From positions 141,016 through 205,015 of the IMG/VR virus record IMGVR_UViG_3300036715_000626: 64,000 nucleotides of DNA; one strand, written 5' to 3'. The position numbers and the translations under genes are program-made. The notes beneath the pieces are model-generated. The model searched no databases, was not told the DNA's origin, and was given only the letters and a program-made list of their open reading frames with translations. Every line of letters starts with the position of its first letter. Position 1 is the stretch's first letter. Shown here one piece after another: positions 9,134 to 19,818 of this stretch.

Positions 9134-10729
9134 TTATAAGCTATAGCCAAAAGCTTTAGTTTCTATATGGCATACCCAAGTAGTATATCGGTTAAGATTA
9201 TTCACCTGAAGATTCCCAGATGAAATTTGAATACTTGGGGTTACCCCATTCATTCCAAAGTCAGAAACTAAAGTAGTCATATCAATTGTAGCTAAATCAC
9301 CACGAACTAAAAATTTTAATTCGGAATAATGTGTAACTGTTGAACTTTCCCGTCCTATAAGAACCAATCTTATAAGTTGCGGAACCGCTGAAAAGACATT
9401 CATAGGAGTTAGTGTGTTCCACGATGTCGAATAGTCAGATGTCGAATAATCCCCCAATCCTATCCATGTAATGAAATCTTTAGCAGTAGTATTCGCACCT
9501 AGAACGAGACCGCCTTTGGCTGTTATTTTTGCATCAGACGTAATACCCACGTTGGTAGAAAGACCATTTGATCTATCAAATACACTATACGATGCGCCAG
9601 AAGCAAAGGTTATTCCATTTATATAAGTATTGGTAAATAGTTTCTCACAACTTATAGCTGTGAATGAACTGTTACCAGTCATTGTGTTATTAAATATTCC
9701 AGTAAAATTGGCATCAAAAAATACGCCATTTAAGTTTATGAAACCTTGAGTAAGACTAACACTGCTATTTATTAAACTAGTAGGCGTTGTCGAATTTCCA
9801 TAATAAAATCCACCATTAATATTTAGACATAATGTAGGTGATGCGTTCAATATAATAGTTCCGGCATGGTCCTCGCTATAAGCAGAATTAATATTAATAG
9901 CCCCTGCTAAACTCCCAAACTGGTAATCAGCTGTAGTGGATCCTTCTATAATTGATTTGCTTATTGTTACGTTTTTAGAATTTACGTAAAGATTTACTAC
10001 ATTACTTTCAATTCTAGAATTAGATATATCTGAAGCTTGAATAGCACCATTAGGGTCATAAATACCATAATTATTTCTACGTATATCCAATTTACTTAAT
10101 CTACAACCAAGAGACTCATATCCACCAATAGCACCATCAAAAGCTATAGGTTTGTCTAGACCATATGCGGAAATATTGAAAAGCTCTACACCAACTGCTT
10201 TCCTGATAAATATTCCTCCAGAACCCGCAACTTTTGAATTTGTTGCATCATTACAATAAAATCCATTAATCTTAGGATTAACGACTATGTTAGTGACTAA
10301 AGCGCCCCCAGTTGTTTGCCCGATAGTAATGATTGGATAAGTTGTGGGCGTAAATGAACCAACACAAATCACTTCTTGGTAGTTTAAAGTCATGCATAAA
10401 GTTGCAGACGGAACATACAAATCGCCGTCGAGAATTACATATTTATTATAATTTATAGCAGATTGATAAGCGGCGGTCGTTGTTCCGAACCAGTTAGCAT
10501 AGATATACTTGTCACATTCACGAACAAAATAAGTCGAACTTATACCCGCAAATGTAATTCCGTTGTCAATGCTTCCGCTTCCAACACGGTTAAATATACC
10601 GCCTTGTATAACATCTTTAACATATACAGTTGCTATAGTTAACGGGACTGTTAATAAATCTGTAACTAGAGCTACTGTGTATGTGTGGTTTCCAACTCCC
10701 GAAGGAGTTTTGAATTCTTGTATAGGCAT
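9134..10729 (-). CDS. Tailspike / beta-helix receptor-binding protein (putative depolymerase)
   Basis: N-terminal GGxF...DNG...WFG domain shared with two neighbours, followed by an Asn/Gly/Ile-rich region resembling a parallel beta-helix. Confidence 0.75.
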   Translation of the reverse strand: MPIQEFKTPSGVGNHTYTVALVTDLLTVPLTIATVYVKDVIQGGIFNRVGSGSIDNGITFAGISSTYFVRECDKYIYANWFGTTTAAYQSAINYNKYVILDGDLYVPSATLCMTLNYQEVICVGSFTPTTYPIITIGQTTGGALVTNIVVNPKINGFYCNDATNSKVAGSGGIFIRKAVGVELFNISAYGLDKPIAFDGAIGGYESLGCRLSKLDIRRNNYGIYDPNGAIQASDISNSRIESNVVNLYVNSKNVTISKSIIEGSTTADYQFGSLAGAININSAYSEDHAGTIILNASPTLCLNINGGFYYGNSTTPTSLINSSVSLTQGFINLNGVFFDANFTGIFNNTMTGNSSFTAISCEKLFTNTYINGITFASGASYSVFDRSNGLSTNVGITSDAKITAKGGLVLGANTTAKDFITWIGLGDYSTSDYSTSWNTLTPMNVFSAVPQLIRLVLIGRESSTVTHYSELKFLVRGDLATIDMTTLVSDFGMNGVTPSIQISSGNLQVNNLNRYTTWVCHIETKAFGYSL

Positions 10730-10743
10730 AAATGTTCCTTTGG

Positions 10744-13700
10744 TTAAACGCGCAACGCGTTCATAGAGTATTTATAATAAGTATTAGCTGCGCTAGCACT
10801 CGTTACACGAAGTCTCATATATCCACCAGATATATCTACGGTATAGGTACATAACGCAGTACCTATCAGTATTTCATTACTAGGAACATATGTAACCGTC
10901 GCTCCATTATGAATAGCTTTGATATTTATACTGTAATAATTACCAGAATCATCACTAACTTGTAATTCAACAAACATAGTTCTGTGCGACGTAATCGCTA
11001 CTTGAACTAAGGTAGTTTGCGTTACAGTCGCTAGCGTCATATCGTACTTAACGTCGCCTAGAATTTCCCAAGGCATCTGTGATGAAGCCCCAGAATTTAA
11101 AGAATTTCCTGCAGCCCATTTGGGCTTAAAAGTAATGCCTTTATTTACAGTACCTTTAGTGCATTGTATCAATGCTGTGAACGGCGTAGCGTCCACTTGC
11201 ATTGTAACATCACGAGTTAATACCCACGGAATTTTAGTAGTACCTACTTGAGTCATCATGTATAGACCATTATATAGATCTTTAGAAGCCATTGCTAACC
11301 CACCAAGATTAATTTGGTTCTTAACTATAATACGTTCTTTATAAGCTGGGTTAAACCCATCGACTAGTAACGCAACAACTGATTGGTTAAACAAAGTTAC
11401 TTCATTAGTTACTGTAGCTAATGAATTAGCAGACATCGTATACTGAGTAGCACTCTGAATACTTAAAATAGTAGTTCCTGAAGGGAACGAAGTGGTAGTA
11501 GTATTAACGCTAGCACCAACTTTTAAATCAGCAGTAGAAGCTACGGTAACTATAGGTGATCCTGACGACGTAGTTAACTTCTTAGGAATAGCTTGATCGA
11601 AAGAAGTATCAGCTGTTCCAGATGTTCGTACAAAAGAAATAGTTCCTTGTACAGTAGCAGTCGTGGCAATATTGTTACCGCCGTTCCATGTTACGGTTGT
11701 AGTGGTACAACCAGTTACAACAAACGTACCATTCATACTAGCTGGAGTTAATCCCGACACAGTAATAGAAGAATTTACCTTATAAGGTATGTAAGTTTGT
11801 GCTGCAAAAGTAGCTGTTACAACGCCAGTATTAGCAGCTCCCACAACACTTGTTGTGACTATGTCTGGTAATGGTGTCATTACAAATGTAGTAGCGTTAG
11901 TAATAGACGCAATAGTACTACCAGCAGGTGCAAATAATGTAGCGAGCAATATAGGTGACCCAACTATGAATCCAGAAGTATCAGGAACCGTGACATTATA
12001 GTTACTAGTATTATGAGTACACGATACATAAAGAGAGCCTGAATACCCTTGTAAAGTACTAGCCGCACCAGCTAATCTAGAACTTGCTCCTAGATCATCA
12101 GTTGTTGCAAATACATCTTTAATAGTTTCATAGTTACCATCGAAGAACCTATAATCTGACCCATCGAACCATACTGGTTTATTAGGAACAGTCTTAGACA
12201 TAAATTGATAACCGGCAAAAGGGCTAATTGAACGTCGATCATTGTTAGTAAACGAAAGATCATTAGCACCATAGCCTTCTGAAGTTCTCCAAAAGTCGTA
12301 AGGTATTTCAGTATCAGCATAAGTCCCACCCATTACCGATGATGACATTGAAGAATCACAGGCTGCGATTAAGTATGTTGGATTTCCTTTTGGTACACCC
12401 GCAGTTCCTGAATAACCAAAACTTCTACCAGTTACCTCAAAAAATCTTCTACCCTGAGCACCAGTCCTAACCGTTAGTAAACCACCCGAATAGGAATCCC
12501 CATATATTGAAGATAAACGCATAGCTGTTCTAATTGTGCCATCGATGACGTATTCCCCTTCTAAAAGGTTATAAAAATCTCGATACGTCATTATGCCATT
12601 TGTACCTGATGGTTTAATGTAATAATGTAAACCATCAAAAGCAACAATGCCTGTGGAATCAAGGGTTAGGATTAAATTTCTATTATGTAAATCTTGTACA
12701 CTAGATTTTTCTGCAGAAGTGTAATCTAAGTTAACTTTCTCAATCTCATAACTAGCCTGAGGATTGCCAATATCAATAGAAGGAATTCCTAAACTATTAC
12801 TTTGAAGACAATAGGCGTAGTTTTTATTTGAAACTGGCCCATTCCAATCCCAAGGTAAGCAGGACTCTAAATCTAAGGCTGAAGTACCTACAACTTTAGC
12901 AAAGTACATAGTATACGTAGAAGATTGGTGAGAACAGTTCTGGACAATACCATTACACCCTTGTGGAATATTAGTCACAGCCCCACCCGGATTTGTACAT
13001 TCAGAAACGAATCCGAATAACACATCTTCCATCTGCCAATCATTCATAATAGAGGTTGTAATCCAAGGAGCAATCGTCAACCCAATATAAATCCATTTTA
13101 AGCCATCGAAGTAGATATAGTAATTTTGTGTCCAAAAAGTATTTCCATCGATAGAGGAGTGACCAGCTGTTGTGATAAGATAGTAGTCTCCCATTGTACC
13201 AACACCAGACGTAATTGCAGGTGTATTGGTTTGAGCGTTCCAAGTTCCCTTATTAGTTCCATTTGCGATGCGAGAATCAATATCAGCATACAGCTGTTCA
13301 ACTTTAAGATGACCACCTATGTACCATTCACCGTTTACACGGATATTATCAAAGCTGAATCCCCACGGGTCGAAACCTTTACCTGTAGAGTGTACTCTGA
13401 CTGCAGAACCACCTGAAACACAGTTGTTAGTAAAGTTACTAAATATAGAAGTTGAAATACCAATATCCTCTGCATGTTGGTCACGACCTCCAAACCAATG
13501 ACTCCAAGGTAACCATAACGGTCTCCCATCATAATCCCCCCCAGCCAATGTGCTACCATCACCACGAGTGAATTCATTCCACTCACTATTTATATACAAT
13601 CCTGAACCGAAGAAGCGATCAACGTTTGAAATAGTTCTACCCATAATTGTAGCAGTGTATGCTGTCATAATGTTGGTTTGAACGGTCATTGTTGTTGCTG

Positions 13701-14508
13701 TTACAGATAATACTGTGTAAGTCCCATCTAAGACGTGTCTAGGGATGTTTGCAACTGCTACGACAGAACCTAGTAACTCTATTTTAGACCCTATTGGGAA
13801 ATTTGTGGGGACGGTTGCATCGGAATCATAAGTGATAGTTGCAACACCTGAAGAAGAATTAGATACGGCAGTGTTAACTTTGTATTTGCCATTACCGGCC
13901 GCTACATGTAAGTCAAACCCAGCTGCTCTCGTTTTAGCTCCTAACCAAATACAGTTATTAGTTTGATTTGCGACAATGCTACAATCTTGTTTAAATACAA
14001 GACGTGAGTTCTTAGGCCCGAGTATACCAACACCTTCAATAAGTTTTAACTCAGTGTTGTTTAGTAAGTACATTCGGTTAGTTCGCAATAACCAAGTTAC
14101 ATGCGGTATTGCCATACACGCAAGGAATACTGCTGTATCATCAGTACCTGTTCTTAGATCCCAGTTATAGTCACCTTGAGCTCCAAACCATTCAAACTCA
14201 TAGTGAGCTACTTCAGTTCTTACCCAATAACCACTAGTACCAGCAAACACAATACCATTGTCAACAGTATATCCTGTTGCATACCAGTTGAATACACCCC
14301 CACGAAGAGGGTCTGATACTCTTACCGTTCTAACTGCTGCTGGTACGTTAGTAAAGTTACTAACAGTGGCAATAGTAAAATAAGTATTAGCATCAGCAGA
14401 ACCGGCTATCCCGGTTATACCTGCACCGTTTCCTACTAAATAACCAGCGGTGATAGTACCAGATACTAACATATCGCCGATATATCGTATAGCTTTCTTA
14501 AGTCCCAT
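10744..14508 (-). CDS. Large modular tail fibre/tailspike
   Basis: 1254 aa; SDPLRGGVF...EWFGAQGD...GTDDTAVF tailspike-type start, Thr-rich inserted modules, and a C-terminal domain shared with 14522..18385. Confidence 0.8.
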   Translation of the reverse strand: MGLKKAIRYIGDMLVSGTITAGYLVGNGAGITGIAGSADANTYFTIATVSNFTNVPAAVRTVRVSDPLRGGVFNWYATGYTVDNGIVFAGTSGYWVRTEVAHYEFEWFGAQGDYNWDLRTGTDDTAVFLACMAIPHVTWLLRTNRMYLLNNTELKLIEGVGILGPKNSRLVFKQDCSIVANQTNNCIWLGAKTRAAGFDLHVAAGNGKYKVNTAVSNSSSGVATITYDSDATVPTNFPIGSKIELLGSVVAVANIPRHVLDGTYTVLSVTATTMTVQTNIMTAYTATIMGRTISNVDRFFGSGLYINSEWNEFTRGDGSTLAGGDYDGRPLWLPWSHWFGGRDQHAEDIGISTSIFSNFTNNCVSGGSAVRVHSTGKGFDPWGFSFDNIRVNGEWYIGGHLKVEQLYADIDSRIANGTNKGTWNAQTNTPAITSGVGTMGDYYLITTAGHSSIDGNTFWTQNYYIYFDGLKWIYIGLTIAPWITTSIMNDWQMEDVLFGFVSECTNPGGAVTNIPQGCNGIVQNCSHQSSTYTMYFAKVVGTSALDLESCLPWDWNGPVSNKNYAYCLQSNSLGIPSIDIGNPQASYEIEKVNLDYTSAEKSSVQDLHNRNLILTLDSTGIVAFDGLHYYIKPSGTNGIMTYRDFYNLLEGEYVIDGTIRTAMRLSSIYGDSYSGGLLTVRTGAQGRRFFEVTGRSFGYSGTAGVPKGNPTYLIAACDSSMSSSVMGGTYADTEIPYDFWRTSEGYGANDLSFTNNDRRSISPFAGYQFMSKTVPNKPVWFDGSDYRFFDGNYETIKDVFATTDDLGASSRLAGAASTLQGYSGSLYVSCTHNTSNYNVTVPDTSGFIVGSPILLATLFAPAGSTIASITNATTFVMTPLPDIVTTSVVGAANTGVVTATFAAQTYIPYKVNSSITVSGLTPASMNGTFVVTGCTTTTVTWNGGNNIATTATVQGTISFVRTSGTADTSFDQAIPKKLTTSSGSPIVTVASTADLKVGASVNTTTTSFPSGTTILSIQSATQYTMSANSLATVTNEVTLFNQSVVALLVDGFNPAYKERIIVKNQINLGGLAMASKDLYNGLYMMTQVGTTKIPWVLTRDVTMQVDATPFTALIQCTKGTVNKGITFKPKWAAGNSLNSGASSQMPWEILGDVKYDMTLATVTQTTLVQVAITSHRTMFVELQVSDDSGNYYSINIKAIHNGATVTYVPSNEILIGTALCTYTVDISGGYMRLRVTSASAANTYYKYSMNALRV

Positions 14509-14521
14509 AATAATTCCTTTC

Positions 14522-17500
14522 TTATACTTCTATAAGTGTTGCAGTGTATTTAAACACTGTGCTGTTAGCTGTTGCTGGTGTAAGAAGTATTCTTACATTA
14601 CCACTACTTATATCAGTAGATACGGTAAATTGATCTGTGCCAATTACCAATGAAGCTAATTCAATATGATTAGGAGTCGTGCCATCATGATTAACCAATA
14701 TTTCGGTATCATGATAGTTAGTACCCTGTGTTGCTTGAATTGTCATACGAACAGACCGATAGGTTGCAATAGGAAAAGTAGCCAACACCTGGTTAGCTGT
14801 AACCGAAGTAGTTGTTAATGATCCTTTACAAGTACCGATATCCCAAGTTGCACCATTCCATGTTATACTGCAACCTAGTGTGGTATCGTAATAACGTTGG
14901 TTAATTTTAAGATTAGTAGCTGGTCGTTGAGCGGTAGTTCCAGAGGTTAACGCATCTGCTGGAGTTCCCAATTCATCACTATTAATCCATATACTACCAT
15001 TCCAGATAATATTTCTTCCAAGTGTTGTGTCGAAATAAGGTTGACCAACTACCATAAAGGTGTGTGCTGGGCGTTGCGCTGTGGTTCCTGAAAATAACTG
15101 TTCTACTAATGATTCGTTAATAACTAAATAACCATTTTCATCGACGTATCCAGCACCCACTCTTCTATATACTTCTCTAGGTGTCGATAAATCAGATATC
15201 CATATATCATCACCATTCTGGTATACATCTTTTCCATAAGTTAGGTTTGCTTTAGTAGATAATCTACTAGCTAATGCATATCTACCAGAACTATCTTTCC
15301 AGAATGTTCTAGATATCTCTTTATCGGCAAATACTGATGATTCAATATTAGCTAATGAATAACCTAAACAAGCAAATAATACACCAGTTCTCGCACCACC
15401 AGCATATCGGTCAAGTACTAATCTAGTAGGTGTTCCGGATGTAACAGTTACTGACGTACTAGATACATATGTATATGTATTAGCATCAACTACTGTGATA
15501 TATTTATCCATTTCTTCAACTACGTTGTCTAGATTAGTATCAAAACTTAATATTTTACCAGTGCTGTAACCATGAGCAGTATGTGTAACTGTGGCTGTTG
15601 TTCCTGATTGTGCATAAGTAGCACTATTAATAACAGTAGGAATAGATTGTGTTACAGGGGTATATCGTAAAAATTTAATACCATCATAACCTTCCCAGAC
15701 ATCTAAATAACCAGGTTCTGCTGGTGTATTAGGATTCCGCATTTGTAAACTGGTAGTAACATTACTATCATTAGCGATATAATAACGTCCGTTAACCAAA
15801 CGAGCAATATCTCTATAGGTCCATTTACCAACACTGTTAGCAAGTTTAGAAGAACCTTTTGTAGGTAATGTATTTTGAATTAGTGTAGTCTCTTGTCCAA
15901 ATACAGATGGGTTAACAGCACCTAAAGTAATCTGTTTACGTATTTCAGAATTTGCTTTAATCAACATTCTAACAGTACCATTAGTGGTAGATGATGATGC
16001 TGCTACATATGTAAAGTTATTAGCATCAACAACACTAGCTATAGTATATTGACCATCGTAACCTGAACCAGTATTATATTTAAGCCATACATAATCGCCT
16101 ACAGATTTACCATGATTAGGTATATTTACATTAACTGTTGTAGTACCAGTCATAGTATAAGTACCAGAAACATACTCACCACGAATATCAATGTTACCAT
16201 CAATAGAGTCTAGGTCTGTAAATTGAGCACCACTAAAGTTAGTAGTTTGGTTAATAGCATAACCTTCATTCCCGATAGAATAAGGTTTATAGGTAGTTCC
16301 GGTAGCAGGATTACAGTTAGCTGTGTTCGCCCAGTCCCAAGGAGTACAGTTAATAAGTCTTGGATTGTGAGAACTCATGCCATAGAAGAATACTTCTGAT
16401 CTCCAGCGAGTCATAGTTGTATTGACACCTGAAGCCGTAACTAACGCAGGTTGATCAAAAGTTACTGTGGTACCATTTATATTAGTAATTTTACTACCAA
16501 ATATAAATTGTGTCGTAGTAGTAGCTACCATATGACCGATAGCTAACCCACTAACCGATGCAAATGTAGCATCGTATGAACCAGCAGTAGTTGTAACAGA
16601 ATATGTAGTACCAATAGTATCATTAACTGCTTGCGCCCATATATTAGTATACGTTGTTTTAGCGATCTCACCACCGAGTTGTGACGTGATAGTTTTACCA
16701 CCTGTATTTCTGTGGATTTCTCTAATAATATTTTTAGAAGATGCTACTGTGAAATCTTCAAAGTTACCAGAGTTAATCCAAGAATAATGCGATGTAGTGT
16801 CACTATCTGGATACATCTGATCAGCGATAGTAGAAATAGTCCAGTCCCATTTACCAGAAACATGGATTTCTCTAAATAAGTGTCCCCACGGGGAAGTACC
16901 TTTACCAGTAGCGATACAAGTAATAGCCGAGGCACCATTAGAGACTCCGTTATTATTCCACGATGAACCAAGAGATATTCCATTATCTGCTAAGATAATA
17001 GATACTTTACTTACTTTAGGTCTACGTGTCATGTCACCATAAGCATAGCCATTCGAATCAATTCCACCAGAAGATAATACATAGGATTCATATTGAGCAT
17101 AGGTATTATATTCACTATTGTACATAATACCAGAACCTGCAAAGGTAGTATTGTGTATTCCTAAACGGATACCATCTATGATACAAGGACCTGCTACCCA
17201 TAAACCAGATTTAGTAGAACCAGCTGTTGAGTAAGTAATATCCATTACAGCACTACCGTCACTTTGTAGTTTACAGGTAGACGGAACTTTAAATTCGATA
17301 TCTGTAAATTTATAAGTTGTATTATGTGTTAAAATCAAAGATTTCAAAGTACCGCGCCAACGCATATATGCATTGTTATAATCAGTAGTTTCCGTAGAGT
17401 GTCTAAACCACTCTAACTTACAGTATGTATCACCATAATCACGTTTAAGATATGTGTTAGATAAACCGGCAAATATAGTACCATCGTCAGTATAGAATTT

Positions 17501-18385
17501 AACATAACCACATTCAGTAGATGATACATCAGAAGTAACTATCAAATCATAGGTACCTGCTACAACACTACCAGAAGAAGTATACGTTACAGAGTTAACA
17601 TCACACGCGGTAACGGTAACAGTACCGTTGTATCCAGTTTTAGCAGTAACTGTGATAGATTGCCCGACGGTAAATGGTGCTTCTGCTTGGGTAATACCAA
17701 ATGTTGCCACAACAGGTTTTGCGCTTCCAGAAGTAGCTACATAAACACGACTAAAACGAATATAACGACACACTTCAGCAGTTGAAGTACGTTTAAACGT
17801 ACCACCACGTAATGGGTCTGAAACAATTATGTTATTATATGTTACAGGTACAGTTGCGAGATCATCTACGGTAGCAACGATATATGGAGCTGGTAATGTG
17901 ATATCTGCAGTATCGTCAAATAGAGTACCGTGAATATGAAAAGCGGCAAAAGCACTCCCGCTACCGCCACTGATAACTATATTACCAGGACCAATAATAG
18001 AGTTATTATTAATAGTTTTTAAGTTACTAAATAATGTATCTATTTGACTTGTCGAATAAGCACCAATTTGCGCTGGCGTATGTGTATGATCGCTAGCAGC
18101 TTTATTAGCTAAAGCAGTAGCTAATCCTGCGATATTGCTAATAGATAATGTATCTAAAGTAGTTTTATTTAAAACGATATAATCTACTATCTCTTGAAGT
18201 GTGTCAAGATTAACATTATTACTACCTACGAGTGTGATTAAGTTATCAATGTACCCTTTAAGTAACTTACCTTGATTAGCGCTAAGTGCTTTACTAGTAG
18301 CAGTAGATGTTAAGTTATCTATAATATCACTTATGGTCATTCCACCAGAAAGCGTTCCTGGTACTCTTAGTGAACCGAATGGCAT
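14522..18385 (-). CDS. Large modular tail fibre
   Basis: 1287 aa; IIDNLTS...ALSANQGKLLK and LDTLQEIV fibre motifs, HTHT knot, two SGTTAQRP repeats; paralogous to 10744..14508. Confidence 0.8.
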   Translation of the reverse strand: MPFGSLRVPGTLSGGMTISDIIDNLTSTATSKALSANQGKLLKGYIDNLITLVGSNNVNLDTLQEIVDYIVLNKTTLDTLSISNIAGLATALANKAASDHTHTPAQIGAYSTSQIDTLFSNLKTINNNSIIGPGNIVISGGSGSAFAAFHIHGTLFDDTADITLPAPYIVATVDDLATVPVTYNNIIVSDPLRGGTFKRTSTAEVCRYIRFSRVYVATSGSAKPVVATFGITQAEAPFTVGQSITVTAKTGYNGTVTVTACDVNSVTYTSSGSVVAGTYDLIVTSDVSSTECGYVKFYTDDGTIFAGLSNTYLKRDYGDTYCKLEWFRHSTETTDYNNAYMRWRGTLKSLILTHNTTYKFTDIEFKVPSTCKLQSDGSAVMDITYSTAGSTKSGLWVAGPCIIDGIRLGIHNTTFAGSGIMYNSEYNTYAQYESYVLSSGGIDSNGYAYGDMTRRPKVSKVSIILADNGISLGSSWNNNGVSNGASAITCIATGKGTSPWGHLFREIHVSGKWDWTISTIADQMYPDSDTTSHYSWINSGNFEDFTVASSKNIIREIHRNTGGKTITSQLGGEIAKTTYTNIWAQAVNDTIGTTYSVTTTAGSYDATFASVSGLAIGHMVATTTTQFIFGSKITNINGTTVTFDQPALVTASGVNTTMTRWRSEVFFYGMSSHNPRLINCTPWDWANTANCNPATGTTYKPYSIGNEGYAINQTTNFSGAQFTDLDSIDGNIDIRGEYVSGTYTMTGTTTVNVNIPNHGKSVGDYVWLKYNTGSGYDGQYTIASVVDANNFTYVAASSSTTNGTVRMLIKANSEIRKQITLGAVNPSVFGQETTLIQNTLPTKGSSKLANSVGKWTYRDIARLVNGRYYIANDSNVTTSLQMRNPNTPAEPGYLDVWEGYDGIKFLRYTPVTQSIPTVINSATYAQSGTTATVTHTAHGYSTGKILSFDTNLDNVVEEMDKYITVVDANTYTYVSSTSVTVTSGTPTRLVLDRYAGGARTGVLFACLGYSLANIESSVFADKEISRTFWKDSSGRYALASRLSTKANLTYGKDVYQNGDDIWISDLSTPREVYRRVGAGYVDENGYLVINESLVEQLFSGTTAQRPAHTFMVVGQPYFDTTLGRNIIWNGSIWINSDELGTPADALTSGTTAQRPATNLKINQRYYDTTLGCSITWNGATWDIGTCKGSLTTTSVTANQVLATFPIATYRSVRMTIQATQGTNYHDTEILVNHDGTTPNHIELASLVIGTDQFTVSTDISSGNVRILLTPATANSTVFKYTATLIEV

Positions 18386-18386
18386 A

Positions 18387-18653
18387 TCATACCTCCTCGC
18401 ACCAGATCACATCAATAACATAATCACTATCAGACCAAACCCATGTTGGTAGGTGTCCTCCGTACTCAATATAGGTACTGTTACTTAGCGGAAACCCAAA
18501 AGTAGGTTGCGTCGTGCTATGTGCATACCGTGCACCTTGAAAAAATTCTACTCCTTTAACAGACTGACCTTCCACACCAAACTTAACTTCTACTGATCCA
18601 TCTGATATTTGGAATGGTACATTCCCGACATCTAATTCACGTTTCATACCCAT
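18387..18653 (-). CDS. Small virion-associated protein heading the tail fibre operon
   Basis: 88 aa with AAAGGA RBS; its stop lies 1 nt from the fibre start. Confidence 0.6.
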   Translation of the reverse strand: MGMKRELDVGNVPFQISDGSVEVKFGVEGQSVKGVEFFQGARYAHSTTQPTFGFPLSNSTYIEYGGHLPTWVWSDSDYVIDVIWCEEV

Positions 18654-18762
18654 AATATATCCTTTGCATAAGTTAACATTTATCGCTAAATGTTACTATA
18701 AATTTAAACGATTAACTTCATGTAAATATCGAAAATCCCTGATAGGAAGAAAAAAATAACTT

Positions 18763-18791
18763 AGACTACAGAGCTTATAGCTCTGTAGTCT
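18763..18791 (-). terminator. Hairpin terminator
   Basis: 13-bp stem agactacagagct-tat-agctctgtagtct; T-tract on the minus strand about 6 nt later. Confidence 0.75.
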
Positions 18792-18801
18792 TAAGGTATA
18801 A

Positions 18802-19374
18802 TTAACAATCGATTTGTTCAACAACAACACCTAACCTACGAAGTTTATCAATACCTTTAGTATTAGTATAATCATGCTTGTAAACCACTCTACTTATTTT
18901 AGATTGAATAAGTGCGTTAGCGCATTTTATACAAGGTGCTAACGTTACATAGATAGTTCCTCCTCTAGCAGCTATACCGTTAGCAGCACAATCTGATAGT
19001 AAATTAATTTCAGCATGTATAATGGCATCATCATCACCATGTTTTTCTATAACGATAACTGGAATAGGCACATCATCCGGATATACAGTTTTGGTGCCAC
19101 ATATGTATTTATTATGCTCGTTTGCGTCATCAAAGGCTTCAAATTCCATACCGCAATGACTGCATACATAGTAATCTTTTTCACAACAGTTATTATCACC
19201 AGCAACAGTTCCATTTCGTGAGCTGGCTCTCTCACGCTCATCTACCACTAATACACAACCAACTTTAGCGTTAACACAAGTTGATTCTTCAGCCCATTTC
19301 ACAGCTGATCTCATAAAGATATAATCATCTTTAGTAAAGTCAACATCATTCATTCTTTCCTCAAACACACCCAT
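18802..19374 (-). CDS. dCMP deaminase
   Basis: STC..AKVGCVLV, HAEIN and TLAPCIKC Zn-deaminase motifs. Confidence 0.9.
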   Translation of the reverse strand: MGVFEERMNDVDFTKDDYIFMRSAVKWAEESTCVNAKVGCVLVVDERERASSRNGTVAGDNNCCEKDYYVCSHCGMEFEAFDDANEHNKYICGTKTVYPDDVPIPVIVIEKHGDDDAIIHAEINLLSDCAANGIAARGGTIYVTLAPCIKCANALIQSKISRVVYKHDYTNTKGIDKLRRLGVVVEQIDC

Positions 19375-19383
19375 AGTATTTCC

Positions 19384-19749
19384 TTAATTAGATACAAATT
19401 GTGTATATTTAAGACTAACATCACAGTCAAAACGTTTTTTAGCTGTGATTATATTATCAACATCCATAGGATATAACCCAAACACATAAGGTATACACTC
19501 ACCCGGTCTGAAAACGTACGGTGTGTCTTTATTATCATCAGTATGCCCGATAATACGTAACCGGCTTGGTTCGGTATTAAAATTAAGATTCTTCATCACC
19601 AACTTATCGATAATTGGTAAGTATTCTGATGGGATTTGTTCTCTTAAACGAATCATATCATTGGTATCGTTAATTACGATATCAATATCCTCTTTTACCA
19701 GTAACACAATTGTTATTCCAGAAACATTACGAAAAGTATTTTTTGTCAT
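19384..19749 (-). CDS. Hypothetical protein
   Basis: 121-aa ORF with AAAGG RBS, in an operon with the deaminase. Confidence 0.6.
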   Translation of the reverse strand: MTKNTFRNVSGITIVLLVKEDIDIVINDTNDMIRLREQIPSEYLPIIDKLVMKNLNFNTEPSRLRIIGHTDDNKDTPYVFRPGECIPYVFGLYPMDVDNIITAKKRFDCDVSLKYTQFVSN

Positions 19750-19784
19750 GAGAGACCTTTCTTTATTATTAGATATTTAACGTA

Positions 19785-19818
19785 CTAACACACATATCAT
19801 ACATGATATGTGTGTTAG
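19785..19818 (-). terminator. Hairpin overlapping a stop codon
   Basis: 16-bp stem ctaacacacatatcat-ac-atgatatgtgtgttag. Confidence 0.7.
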
